64,000 bases of DNA from Balanoglossus misakiensis (lineage: Eukaryota > Animalia > Hemichordata): positions 7,645,919 through 7,709,918 of the forward strand of contig CM082584.2 in assembly GCA_040954595.2 (NCBI GenBank). The letters are read 5' to 3'. Numbering within the stretch: the stretch's first letter is position 1; each line of letters begins with the position of its first letter. Of this stretch, positions 1-16,363 are shown piece after piece. The position numbers were made by a program, and so were the translations under genes. The notes beneath the pieces were generated by a model. It searched no databases and was not told the origin of the DNA. It worked only from the letters and a program-made list of their open reading frames with translations.

Positions 1-126
1 GAAAGCATGCGAGTTTAATACTAATGCAAATTCGGAGTCAGTGTGCGGAAGGGGAGTGCATGGTGATTATTGTCCCATGCTGAAGAAAACAGCATAGGCC
101 TGTACACAATAATGCTCAAGCCTTAC

Positions 127-718
127 CTCCACTACGCTTCAAACGGAGATTGAATGTGTCGCCGAACGCTTCAATTGTCATGTGACTTGACTCCGACTCG
201 TCCAACACGCCGTCTCTTCTCCATCGGTGACTGGTTCTCGGGTAAACGATGTCGTATTTCGTGGGAACTTGGATGGGAAGAGAGAAAAAGTCGTGTGTTA
301 TACTCAACTAACAGACGATTCCTTGGCGTTGTCGGTATTTAACGAAACAGTAAATACGAATTAGACGATTGCTTACGTTGAGGACAAAAATGTTGTATTG
401 TTCTTACCAGAGCTGTGACCACTCCGTTCTGCGTATTCCTTAACAACGTGATTTGGAAGTATCTGTAAAAAAAGGACAAAAGGAGCATACATGGTGATTT
501 TTCGGCTACTCTGTGACGAGCACTGGTATTACAAATCATCATTTGGTTTACTGCGGAACACAGCAATAAGTACATCATAAGTCACGAGGCTGAAAAATAC
601 GGCAGGCATCGCCTTGCGAGAGAGCGGATCCACGAACAGACAATTTGGCCTGAAACTTTACCTGCGATTCGGTCAGTTGTATCGCCAGCAAGACGAGTAA
701 GCCCAACGGGAACACCAT
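127..718 (-). CDS. ADAMTS/ADAM-type (M12B) metalloprotease, 5' coding exons 1-3 (signal peptide + prodomain); gene continues off the left edge
   Basis: Exons 718-662 (MVFPLGLLVLLAIQLTESQ, signal-peptide-like, donor cag|gtaaag), 462-408 (ttttacag|ILPNHVVKEYAERSGHSS g|gtaag) and 267-127 (ccaag|..PTKYDIVYPRTSHRWRRDGVLDESESSHMTIEAFGDTFNLRLKRSG g|gtaag). Splice phases 0/1/1 join in frame. The YDIVYP...RxRR...IEAFGDTFNLRL pattern is typical of reprolysin propeptides, with a furin-type RWRR site. Confidence 0.8.
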
Positions 719-1814
719 CTTCCCCCAAACTTTTCCCCCGGACTCAAGTGAGCCTCTTTGCTCCAGGTAGGCTGTATATATAGCCAAGTGTTGAATAGCT
801 CCACAGGTGACAAACGACAAGTTTTGAATGGTTCCATGGGTGACGTGCGATCGATGCAAATTATCCGGCGCAGTCATTGACGTTGTTAATTGCGACAGTG
901 CGTTGAAATGCTAAAACTGAATTTCGGAGGGAGATTTCATTTCAAAACAACATGTGAAAAAAATCCCTGGGGAACATTGTTATGTAAATTTTCTATTCAC
1001 AAGCCATTGTTCTAATTACATGTATTATTCAATCACACACTTTAGTAATTCTCAAACTGTCCATTTTGACATACCAATCTTCGGCCGCGTTCCCATTGGC
1101 CAAATTCAAACTGTAACTCATTCTCGCACATCTGGAGAAATTTTGGCGCCGCATTTGTGGCATTTTTACTTAGCATATATAATTATAGACATTCCGAGGA
1201 CAAACGAAGGCTCATTATTATCGTTGATGAGTCCGTGGTAAGCTTACTATAGTGTCTTTTCATGGTATTCGACTCAAAAGTTAATTTGATTCACAAGTCA
1301 CCCTGTCGACGATGGGAGGCTCAATATCGTCGATTTAGATGTAAGCTTCTCTTTTCATGTGTTAATGTTACCGCTTGTTACGTACTACAGGCGAGAATAC
1401 ACTGCATAAACTGTGTGTGTTTATGTTTCCAAAGCTTTCAAACTCCGATGTGTAGAATAGCTTGCAAAATACTTTAGTTTTGCAACTCCTTTGCAAAGGG
1501 ACCGATGGTCTTGAGATGCAATAAACAATACTATTGGTGGTGGAGGCCCATTACCGTTGATTCTCTCTCGTTAGCTTAATTAATTAACGGGCCACTGATG
1601 ATCGCTGATTTCAAGTCAGCCAGCCAGTGAACCAATCACATTTACAATAGCCATTCAAGACGAAGTCATTGTTAACAGTGATTGATTGTCTCGGTTGTTT
1701 TGCGCTGTCTTCTTCAAGATTACTTTCTGACATTATTTCCAAAGTAATGCCAAACAAAGTTGCTGAAAGCTGGCCACAAATTCTGATCTCGGCAAGAGCT
1801 TGCTGTGTACAATG

Positions 1815-1947
1815 TGACGTCAATTTGTTTATTTATTTGTACAGCTTTGAATTATATGACATATGTCCATAAATACTGCCACAAAACACGTATTTAGATA
1901 CGGCGTATGTTGGCCTGACCTGATTTTAGGTAAATGACGTCAATTTG
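1815..1947. promoter_or_regulatory. Two CRE palindromes (TGACGTCA) inside an identical 13-mer TGACGTCAATTTG
   Basis: Copies at 1815-1827 and 1935-1947, in the 1.5 kb divergent region between the metalloprotease ATG (718,-) and the dioxygenase ATG (2220,+). A CCAAT word lies near 1632. Confidence 0.35.
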
Positions 1948-2219
1948 AACTGGGTCACCTCCGACTCAACCCAGGAGTCTCAGGTCATCATGCTCAGTCT
2001 GTGCGTTACTTCCCTGTTTCCATAGCTGGACAACATCGAGTTTAAAAGCGCGCGACAACGAGTTACCGAGTCTTCCGTCAGGTGGACGTTGATAAGAGGG
2101 GTCGGGCAATCATTGTGAGCTAGCAAACTGACACCTAGGCCCACAGACGTGCTGTCGAGAGGTGACAACCTGGGCTCAAAGTTCCATAGTTATTACACCA
2201 CCGCCGGGTTTCAGTCCAA

Positions 2220-4477
<2,258 letters not shown>

Positions 4478-4879
4478 GCGCTTTGGGGTGCAAACGGCCA
4501 ATGAGCGTGGGTTTTCCTGTCCCAAAACATTAAATAAACGATCTATCACATTTTAGCATATGCAAATTACACTACGGCGACCAAAGATAGTGGTTTCAGC
4601 CGTTAACGAAAAAAAAAATACAACGGAGTATGGTCACTTTTCTTTCATTAACAAATACTTTACTTATCATATTTTCACCTTCAAGTTTAGTACATATATA
4701 TATATACCCATTGAAAATAGACGCACGTGTAATATTGGTACAAAACATGACTTAAGTCAATAGTTCAATGTCTTTCTGAATCGCCAAGGTCACAAATACA
4801 ATCGACATTGTGGTAGCGAGGTGGGGTATACATGCACGGCATACTATCATGTAGGTCTCTGTCGGCGTTGCTCTCGGCT

Positions 4880-5083
4880 TCAAAGCAAGGCGCACGTTTT
4901 CTTTTCCTTGAAGGGGTTAGCGGCAGTCGGCACGCCGGTCAGCAACATGTCTCCCCGGGCGTGCTCCTGGCAGTAGGCCTGCAGCTCGGCCCCGGCTTTG
5001 GACACCTTCATCCGGTCGATGTTTGCCTCGTGGCGCAGTTGTTCCACCGTCTTCTTCATTTGCTGTATGCTCGACTGCGACAT
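4880..5083 (-). CDS. GNG: Heterotrimeric G-protein gamma subunit, 67 aa, single coding exon
   Basis: [67 protein letters not shown]: GGL-domain pattern, NPF motif, CaaX (CALL, geranylgeranyl type). Acceptor ttcttcattaacag|aataATG lies 4 nt before the ATG, so an upstream exon is expected. Confidence 0.96.
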   Translation of the reverse strand: MSQSSIQQMKKTVEQLRHEANIDRMKVSKAGAELQAYCQEHARGDMLLTGVPTAANPFKEKKTCALL

Positions 5084-8000
5084 TATTCTGTTAATGAAGA
5101 AGAAAGTAAATATTGTAACTGAGACTACTTCGTCACATACATACATGATACATACATACATACTGTTACGATTGTACTACGAATGCATAGAATTTAAATA
5201 TCAGTGGTGGATGAACAATAAGGGTGTACGTCATTAACATAGCGTTAGCTGTAGTAGCCGCACACCTGGGTATTTTGAATATTACGTAAGGGCTTTGAAT
5301 TTTTGACTCTCGGCAACGGCACGGCAGTCAAGTGGCGTAAGCCGAACAGAAAACACGGAAATTGCACTCGGCCATGAGCGACGGGGACTGGTATCCTGTA
5401 ATCCACGTGTGAGCTCGGTGTTGAAGTTCAGCTCGCCCAGGCACGTCGGGTATGTCCTGTTGGTTTGAATTCAGCGTTGCTCTCGGACTTAAAATGCATG
5501 TCTACGCCAGCAACTGTAAGTGAAGTGAACCCGTTAATTTTTCTGAGAAGACTTCAGGAAAGAACTTTGTGAGAAAGCAGCACGCCAGCGTGAACCATCG
5601 TCGGGTCAGTGCAGAGAACTCACGGAACACTGAATTATCGCGTCCGCTCACCACGTATGTGATGTTACCGCGGAACTGATACAAGTTTCTTGAGGACATT
5701 ACAATATTTAAGTAAGAACCCCAGTCACTTCTAAGTTTCAGTGCTTGTACTATGATATTATTTTTCTTCCTGTGACAAATAGATTCGCAGTGAAACGTAT
5801 AACTTTGGGTGTTCAGTGTATCATTGTTGTTGCTGTCTGGGTGTTTGTGTTGCGAGTTTTTGGTTCGTAACAGTGTTAACATTTCACCCCATAGCGTCGT
5901 AGTAGATGAGTATGCAGCGGCCTTTTTCTCTCCTGATTTAATTTAATGATCAACTTCAAGGAGCCATTTGCGAAACCGCGGCGCTTTTAATGTGTATTAG
6001 CTTTCAGACACAGACTCGGTACATAAGCACATCGATGCGACTTCCCGTACAAGCACCCACAGACTTGCTTCGACGAATTTCTTTCCAGTTTGTTTCGTGA
6101 TACGATTCACTGTGGCAGACGGGCGGCCATTTTTCATTTACGCTTTCGTTTCTGAGATCATGTCTGATTTGTGTTCTTTCTGGTCGGTGAAGTCAATTGA
6201 AAAGGGTTTACTGAGCAAAAAAATTGAACGAGAGAGCCACATTTTTACAAATTTGAAATCGAACGTAACTGCATTATCACATGTGATTTCCGGCTCGCTA
6301 CGACTTACGTTCCGATAGGTTAAAACACTCACGAAGCGGCTGTAATTTGGACACGAATTTTGCAATGTTACTGATCAAAGGATTCGCCATCCGCTCACCA
6401 TCTAAAATGTGATGAACTAACTCTGTTATCAGTATTTTTAATCTTCGCTTCGTGTACTCACATTTCGCGGGACAGCCATAAAAGTGATTGCCTGTTAAAT
6501 TGTCTTGTTACTGGAATGCGTGACCCCCCACGTGATGTTCACCTGGATTGATTGTACTGTCCATATATTGTGGAGATTAACTGTCTCGAACTGATTGCAG
6601 GCCGCAAGTAAATATAGACACTTTTGTAAGGGGAGAACCACTTGATTGAAAAATGAAACTTCCATATTGTCTTGCTTCATGTCTTGTCTCATTCCAGGCT
6701 ACTCTGATAATAGTCGGTACCCCCCATTCATTCGACCTTACAAGGTGGTTTGTATTATTAACGTGTGTTAATTATTAACGTGAATACATGGGGATATCAT
6801 CATATAGGCCAAGATTCGAATGACTTAATCCCCCGCACGAGTTATATTAGAATATATTATTTAACACTATTCGAAGATAGATTTTGTGAAAGAAGTAATA
6901 GGGTTTTTTCCCCGGTTCAGATGTGCGTGAATCGTTTCGAAAACAAGTATGACCAGGCCAACAGTATCGCACACGTTGATGATCGCCATGAAATTAAAAA
7001 TGTGGTGACCGCTGTAAATACATGATGCTAAAAAATCTCTACCGTAATGAGTGAGCTATATGTCAAGGAAACGGGGGTGTCCCCCCTAGGGGATCAGGAA
7101 AACCACAAGGCCATCGCTCCTTTGCATATGAATGGTGACACGGGGAGCGTTTGAGCTTGTCCAAGACGACTTTTGAAATAGGGTTTTAAATGTAAAATAA
7201 AGGTTTTGCATTCGCCGTTCAAGTCTACGGTTGAACTTTTAATACCGCCGAGCTACTAACCTAGATCTAAATATCCAAGATACGTTACTACGTGGACGCG
7301 CGGTTGGATGGGCGATAGATGGTATATCTCACTTCATTTTCATGCACGTTATTACATAACGCATTATTGGGCAGATAAAGAGACATCATTGACAACTACA
7401 GACCACCTGGATTTGTTTTACCCCCACCGAATGCATCCTTCGATGGGGTCGGTCTACTCTCTAATACATACAAGAAACATACTTAGACTGAAAACGTTGC
7501 TCGCGTTTTCCCGAATTTATGTCTACGCCGTCAAAAACGACAAGACCATCAAGAATACTAAACTATACCTTCAGCGGTATACACTCATCAACGCCGTCTG
7601 TATTGAGCGCCGATTGCAATTTATAACAGACTGTGGGAGTAACTGTTTATTTTTCTAGGGTAGAACTCCTCTACACATCACTTAATATGAACCTCAGCCA
7701 TTGTGGCAAAACCACGAAAACACACAATATACCTTTCGGGGTCACATGACGTACGTTCATTCTCTGCTGACAAAACGAACTGATCTCTTTTCCGTTTCTT
7801 GCAAGAAAACACTTCGTACGTCAAACGCGAAAATAATAATAATAATCATAATAGTAGTGTGCAAAAACTCACCGTTGTGTTGCTACGCCTCTCAGAAATT
7901 AACGTCGGGTGGAGTCTGTTTATTCCGAAAATCATAGAAAATACGTGGACAGCTGCAGCAGCGACTCGGCGTCTTGCTTCCCTCTCCCCGAAGCTGCCAC

Positions 8001-11000
8001 CTTTGACGTCACGCGATAAATTTGCATAACATACGGGTCAATCGACCACGGCGCAGAGAGGCCGGGTAAAACTTCCATCGTGCACGAATGAACACCGCGC
8101 ATGACGCACGTACGTACGCGTACAAAGCGATTTTGATGACACGAACCGGTAAATTAGAGGTTTGCCGCTCTTCCATTAAAAAATATCATATGAGCTGGCG
8201 TCTAGTGCGACCGCGAAAATGTATAATTAGTGATCCCTGACATTTTGCTGTGCTCATTATACTCGTGAATTAGCATCATTAACCAAACGAGACAGAAGAC
8301 CCAGTTACGGCAAAATTGCAATTATTTTTTTTTCGTTCTGAAATAAAACGTACAGAAAATCAGTGATCTTCATTGACACTATATGCCGCTATTTAACATC
8401 TCCCTTGCGGGCATCAAAGCGCCAGCGCGGACTGTTCCTGACACATCTCTTGTTATAAAAATAGGCATAAATCTATTCAGAAGAAATTGCGCGCTGCAGC
8501 CCTGAACATTTAATAATGCAACAATCTCCGTGTGTCTTCGCAAACGTGTCGAAAGGTAATTGGTAGGAAGACCACTGCAGCGTTTAGCAAAAGAGCCGAC
8601 AGTTTTGAAAATTAAGAGCGCATTTTGTCGGAGGAGTTTTGACGTCGTGAAAGTTGATTTCCATCTATGGGTTGGATTCGGTCTGATCGTTGGGAAGACG
8701 TCATTTTAATGAGGCAAAGAGTTGGTGGAAAGTTATGTTTAAGGCTAATTGCTCTAATTATTCATTCGGCGTATGTGACCAAAATGTCTCCGTCGCCATC
8801 AGCGATGGATATCACCCAAACATGTAAATCACGACGGTTTCAATTGCTTGCTTGGTTTTATTGAAGACGATTTTAACACTCGTTTATGGTGACTGACAGG
8901 TTTTTTTTTGTAATCCAAGTACGTTATGGCCGATCGGTGATTTCAATTTAACGTCACCATTTACATTTGCCTATTAATTATTGAGAATTGAACTCATGCA
9001 GCGTCTAGATGGGCTCGCCCTTGTTTTGTACAGACAGTGTGAACCAATCCCACCTAGCGATGAAAACACTGCAGTGACTGTATCCACAGGGAAATATACT
9101 ACAGTAGTATGCGGAATCGTTGGAGTCGTTGTGTAAAGATGATAAACACACCAGGGACATTACAGAAACAAAGTGGATTTTTGTAAAAACCCGTTTACCG
9201 TATCTTTTGATATTTTATCTTATCTTGAGTTGTTTTTAGTAGGCGTTCATTTTATTCCATTTTTTTACTATTTTAAGTTTTTGTTACAACAGTCTCCCGC
9301 AGCTTGGCTTTCTGTATACACTCCAGCTATTTTTAGTCAATAGGTAATTTACACATCATAATTCTCCCGCATTTTATGTAAATCACCCCGACTTGTCAGG
9401 CTTACGTAACACCTACCATACATTCAACACTGGAGCTATTTGGCGTGTTTATCGGCGCCATCTACGGCCAGCGATGCCCCCTCCCTATGGAAAACGAAAG
9501 ACAATCGCAACGCGAAGACCGTTTACAACTGTTATAACGTGATGGCGCTCGTCCGATGTACCATTGTTACGCATCGACCTCTTACTATGGTGTGCTAATT
9601 GAAAAGGGACGTTTTGCGGTTCAGGAAATTTACTAAGTCGATGTAGTCTGTTTTGGGGTGCCCAAGAAATTCACCAGCGATGTAATAAACAAATGCTGCA
9701 GTACATCAATATAATGTCCCCCTATAGAGTTTTAACTTGGCGCATTTAATTCTACTAATAAAGCCCAGGAAATTAAACCCATAGGTGTAACACCTAGCAA
9801 AAAAAAGTCGTTTTTCTTCCTTTAATAATGATCCGTTGATAACCATAGATCAGAAAGAACCAAACTGTGTCGCTAATCAAATCAAACCCTTCAAAACTTG
9901 TCGCAATTCCAGATGACGCGTAGTTCAATACTCAAATGACTGGCATTCGCCAGTACAATCCAGCTGGATGCGGAGGAGCATCAAAAAGTGCCTTGCTCCC
10001 GAACACGGGGGCACCATGGCCGGCTTCTCTAGGGATTAAACTCGCCCTTCAGTTCTATGAACTATTAAAGGACAGTGATAACACCAAGAGAAAAGGATCT
10101 GCGTGTACATGTATGTATATCTAAAATCCAGCGCAGCTAGAAATATATCATCATCATTTTAAGCGTCCCTGGTAACCCCTCCCACGTTGTTTCAACCACC
10201 CTTGCATTGAAAACCACTAGAACGGGTGACATTTTAGTGAAATGAAATTTCCCCAAAGCTGTGTTTTGACATTTTCCAGCCGTAAACACCCACGCACAAT
10301 TCATGCTTAACATCAGCTGTTCTCTCGACAGAGACCACGTTAAAAGTGAATTAGCTGAAATTGGCTTTCTTATGCGTGAGAAAAACTGCTATTGAAGGTA
10401 AAATAAACAGGGCCATCGCGACGTACAAACATCGACCAATCAATTAACATGGATGACAAACGCAAAAAGGCACTGTGTCCTAAAAGCCTAACTTCGTAAT
10501 GAAACACCCTTCGCGCATGTGCACTATATTAGTTTAATTGCCCTGCTTATTAATATTATGACCATCAAGAGATGTTTCATTTGTATGCTGGCCACTGTGT
10601 CCGTGAAAGAAATAACGGGTTAATTTGAGTGTAAAACAATATCTCAGGGTATAAATGTCTTGTTGCCTTGGCAATATGCATCCTCCGTCTACCGTATACC
10701 CACCAAAATGAATCGGACCAACGGTACAAACAAGTGAAAAACTGTGCATGTTTTAATACTTCAACATTTGGAATTAGCAACCCAGCGTAATAACAGCCGA
10801 GGGTGTGGTATTAGTTGCTGTTACGAATTCACGGTGACATTTGAGATGTCTCCTGTTGCATTCGCTTAGCCCACCATCGGCGATATTGAAAATTGATGAT
10901 AGAAAAGAAATCCTATCATTTCAGCGCAAAGAAAGTGACCCAGAAGCATCGTTTTGGTCTTTTTTTTTAATGTCACTGTTTTTTATTTGCGTATACAGTG

Positions 11001-11498
11001 ATTCACTTTTCGGAACCCTGGCAAAGCAGTGCTAACGTCTCGATCGTTGGTGTTTAAAGAGGACGGCGCGTAGGAGTCTGAGAGGCCGGGGGAGACTGAA
11101 TACGACTGTGCAAAATCGCCTCCAACTCCAACGGTGCCAATGCATCAGTTTTGTGAACCTTGGAGGTCAATAAACCCGAGTTAACTACCTTCACAAAACT
11201 GTGTTGGCTTGAAAATGCGAAGCACATTTATCTTCTTTTAGGCGCTTCGAGTCTGCAACTCGTCGACCTCTGTTTTTCCTCCTGTAAATGATCTGTGTGT
11301 GGGTGGGTTGTGACAATAGGACGTCTTTTTAGATTCTTAGAAAGTATTTAGATTCTATATAAACACTAAATACACAATTCTGCCGACCATGAATATAATC
11401 AGCCGGTTTTATTTAGATTACCACGAAGCATCTACACCTCCCTTATGTACGCTGTATTCTATGTTTACCCTAATTAGAAAAAGAACTTCCACCACCGC

Positions 11499-11612
<114 letters not shown>

Positions 11613-13679
11613 TGTTCTCCCTGATAATTGGTGTGCTCTCTGAATCCCGTTAGAGTGCAGCATTGTCGACATGTGAAGAAGGTTACAACACTAAATTTCA
11701 AGGGAATGTGTCTCCAGGCTGAACACGTTCAAAACGTGGATTGACCACGCGTACAACGTGAACGTATTCTACGCGGCTGAGCTGTATCTTGTTACTTGTC
11801 TGCACAGGTCAGAGTTACAATGTAATTTATGGGAATACAGGGCCCAAACAAAGAATGTACTGTACAGACTGTGTATGGTCACACTCCCTCTATTTCACCC
11901 GTGGACTGTGGCCTGGGCAAGATTAAGCTCAAGTTTTATTTTTTGTTAGCCATGTTGTCATTTTGGACGCGTACTTTACATTGTAATCGTTGAATGGGCT
12001 AATTTCTGTTGCTAATTAATTGTTTGTCCGGTATCGATCGCTAACTGCCTCTGTTTTGGTTTGTTTGTGTCTTTAGTGGGAATTTTATAGACTTGTATGC
12101 CGGGAGTCAAATCCCCGTTGTCATTTTTGTCACTGTTGTGTTATTTTGAGTACAGTCTCTGCAGATCGTGACTGTGCAAGGCAGACCCCCCACACAGGCG
12201 TCAGTAATCATTCTGATTTCTCGATCCACTCGCCGAGATTACTTTTTTTCTAAATATACCAAATGCCACCTGGATTTCAAGTGACTCAGCTGCACGCTCG
12301 AGGGAGATGTAGGCTACAGGCGTCGAGTGACTAATCGTGGCTTCTAAATTTGGAGTGATTTCTTTGCTTTTCAGTAAACATGATTACTCCCGGGGTTCAA
12401 GTTGGCCCGGTCTTCGTTGTCTAGATACAGCACCTGAGTACAGCGTCTTCGCTGAAATGAAATGAAATGAACTACCTACTTAGCTTTCGCGTCACCGTTT
12501 TATTCAATCATGGCAGTTTGACGCGGCGCTCATTAATTATGTGACACCTACATGTATATGTCAACAGCTGCATAGAGTACAGTAACCCCGAAGTATTTAG
12601 ACCCCGTTAGTACATTCTTAATGTGTTCCTGTTTGAGAATCATTGGTTTAAGGAGGTAAAGTGCCTTTACCAAGTTTATTTGCTTCCTCGTGGTGTTCAG
12701 ACGAAGCAGCAGACCTTCCACCCAACCTTTACTACACCCACTGTAACTAACACGTGACTGACTTACGGAAGGTCGATTGGTGTCCGTTGCCACGGTAATG
12801 CGAGATAAAGTTTAGAGTGCCTGAAATCCGAGCCTCGGGGGCAGCTCTCACATCAGTGCGTGAAAAGAGGCCGTGTACAGCGTCGAAATTCATTTCATAT
12901 CAAAAGTTCGATTGCCGCAGTGACGTTTTCAAGGAGAAAAGTATCAAGGTAACAAGTTATTGCGGTCTGTTTAATCGGTCAAGGAAAATGTTAGAAAAAT
13001 ACATAATATCACCACCGTATGATATGGTTTCTTCCTACAAATAACAAGCGCCATATAGCCGCAGTGTTTGACTGCATGTCGTGTTGATATGAGCGAGGGT
13101 GCATTGCTATGCGTCAATCAAGCGCAAAATAATTATACACATCATCGTTTATAGGCCTAATTTTATATCATGTTTTCCATTTTGGTAGACATTGTCCAGA
13201 AGGCACGGTAAAATAGTGATGACCAATGCTAAATTTGTACCTTGGTTGACTACATGCTGTCCCGCGCAGTGACGCTTTCTGGGAAGCATATACATTAGCT
13301 GTTGCTTCAGAATGAGTATTGGAATCACACGAAAAGTTTCCACACTTATTTTTGACGGTTACGATGAAAACAAGTTGATATTTTTTCCGCTTTATTTCCT
13401 CGAGGATGGCCTCGCCTGTGGGGCAGTAGCTATCTTAAGACACATCCGATTCCGAAATGTCTCCAGACCGCAGAACGATTGGCTCGACCTTGTTCACAAA
13501 CTGTCCAGGGACGTCATTGACAAACTGATATAGGATTATCTTCTTTTCCAAACACATGCTTTCAGTATGATGGTACCAATGCCAATAAGCGTATAAGCCC
13601 GGCGGGCCTGCTGGCAATGGATTTCAAATCATTTGGCAGCTGCACGTTCATCATCGTTTTCTATTTATAGTTGTGTGCG

Positions 13680-13880
13680 CTTAAGGGAAAAAAATTAATT
13701 TTTAGGATTTAATGATAGGCCTTCAAACCTTTCAAAATGTGCTATTAAAGTGTGGGGGGTCATTTTGAAATAAAAATAAAAACAGTGTGTTAGCCGCCTT
13801 GTCTTTATAAAAATCATTAAATGTACGTTATTTTTTCTCCATAGAGTTAACACAGAGACCAAACTGAAGATTTGGCCGTC
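13680..13880. mobile_element. Decayed interspersed repeat fragment related to the element at 59230-59556
   Basis: The reverse complement of 13834-13855 (ctgtgttaactctatggagaaa) matches 59387-59408 (ctatgttaattctacggagaaa) at 19/22. Boundaries are approximate. Confidence 0.4.
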
Positions 13881-15330
13881 AAGATTATCGAGTGAGCGCC
13901 TTCAAGTTGCAGGGGGGGGGGGTAAATTTTCTTTGTTTGTTTCTTCTACTAGCCAGACCAGACCAGCATTCACCCGGTAACACCACGTGGGGTACGCCTG
14001 GGCTTCAACACCCTCAAGGTTAAACAGCGCCCCCATGGGAGATGACTCATTACCTCACGACACACAACTTCCTCTGCTTGCTCTGTGACGTAGGCACGCG
14101 TCGACACCATACGTGTTTACGTTACATACACACGAGCAAAACAAGATTGTTGACAACCTCTGAAGCTACGGACGTCCCCCGCGGGGATTTCAGTAAAGAA
14201 TGGTAAAAGCGTATTTTCTTCCGTTAAAAGAATTTAAAATGTCATGCACACTAAATACTGTCAAAATTGAGTGACTTAATTAGGCCCGTAGAGAAAGAAA
14301 AAAACAAAAGGAAAAACATATCCTCTGCAACTTACTGCAAATATTGTTTTGTCGTAAGATAGAATAGAAATCAACTTTTGGTAAACATCTTCAATCATTT
14401 TTGTTATTTACAAAATTAAGATGAACACTGTACAATGTACAAGCACGACCTTTCTCTCCGCTAGCGACACCACATCATGGTCGATATAAACGAATCTTGA
14501 AATGGCCCTGTGTTTTCGCGATCAAGTTTCACAATATTTTTCTGCAACGAGCAACTAATCCGCTCGATAGCTTTGTTTGCCTTGTCAGGTGATATAGTCT
14601 TGTCTGCTCTGCCAGACTTTCTACCCATCGAATAATCAATGTTTACCTTGACACAATACCGCAGGATAAGACCAATTGGCACTCACCTCGGCCTAGATAA
14701 AGTCACAAATCGAGGATGGGAAAGCCCTTTCCCGTAGAAGACCACGAAACACAGATATCTGATTTCAGCAAACAGCATTCCCCGGATTTGTTTGTCACTG
14801 TGTTTTTCATGTTCAAACGAGAGTGGTGTGCTATGTAGAAAAATGAATGACGTGGGTCTTTTGTTATGTGGTCAATGACAGGTTCTCTCTGCTGAATTTG
14901 AAATAGGCGTAAGATGTCCACTATTAGTATTAAGTGGACCTGTTTATCCCCAGGCAATGGTCAAATGTGTCTGGGTTCATCGAATGCGTCAAATGCCGAC
15001 AAGCACGCAAGAACAACTAAATAGAAATGTATAGCATTGTCTTTAACGACAGAGGATACAGTTAGGATATCATCTGGGACATATTAACCTGTTTAAAGGC
15101 AATCCAACAGGGAACATTTAGAACGGCCAAGGTATACGTACATGCGCTGTATAATGATCCCGCCACAGAATGTTATTCTAAATGGGAACTATTTTTATGT
15201 ACTCGTCTCTTCAAAATACGATATTGTTAACAGTATAACCTTTGTCGTGACCTTTAGTAATTGAGCGATTGCGATGTATATGTTATGTGATATTTTTGGA
15301 TTTTTCTCGAAAACAATTGGTTAGGGGAAA

Positions 15331-15507
15331 ATGTATGTATGTATGTATGTATGTATGTATGTATGTATGTATGTATGTATGTATGTATGTATGTATGTAT
15401 GTATGTATGTATGTATGTATGTATGTATGTATGTATGTATGTATGTATGTATGTATGTATGTATGTATGTATGTATGTATGTATGTATGTATGTATGTAT
15501 GTATGTA

Positions 15508-15583
<76 letters not shown>

Positions 15584-15618
15584 ACGTATGTATGTATGTA
15601 TGTATGTATGTATGTATG
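15331..15618 (+). repeat. Compound microsatellite (ATGT)46-(GT)~32-(ATGT)n
   Basis: Read directly from the sequence. Confidence 0.97.
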
Positions 15619-16363
15619 CTACAGCGAAAGCGTTGGGTCATTAAATCCAATAAGGACTATGCCATCCAAATGTCAACACGCTTGTTTGATGTTCGTGACC
15701 AACGCAGATGTACACGTCATCAGTAAAATAACAGGCGTCGATATGATACGATTTGGAACAAATACAAACAACACACGGAATTCAAAACAGCCCCCGCGCG
15801 TTCTACAGCAAGACTACAGACATTTGGAAACGAGTGATGGTGCTCTTTAATCGATGCCGCATTCTGCATAGGAATTCTAAAGCCGTCTACTATCCCCCAG
15901 TTACCCGGTTCGATAAATCTCTACTAGGTGGGGACGGCGTAAACAGCCCCGGGTACAAGACAACGGCAAGTGATCCCAGTAGAACTGACAACAGACACGC
16001 CTTGGAGAGATAGATATATATATATATAGGTCATAGCAAATTCTTACTTCGATTTTCTTTTTATAGTTGAAATGTGACAAAAGGAAAAACAGCATCCCTG
16101 ATTTTATTGATCGTTCGGAGTGAAAAAAACAGTCTTAGGTTAACCAGGGAAACGTGGTCACGAGAAATTCTTTGCCTATCCTATTTATGTAACACGCTTG
16201 TTTTTTTATTACTGTTATTAAAAACACTTTGACGCATTTCACTTGTTTTTATCCAATTCCCTGTTCGCCACTTTGACGCAATAATGCAATATTGCATCGC
16301 GACATCGTTCGACACAATTTAGAAGCTCGGACAATTAGCTGTATACATACATACATAAATACA

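Noticed and set aside
4880-5161. 93-aa ORF start for G-gamma
   Set aside because: The extension runs through an ATGT microsatellite and the polypyrimidine tract/acceptor, so it is intronic.
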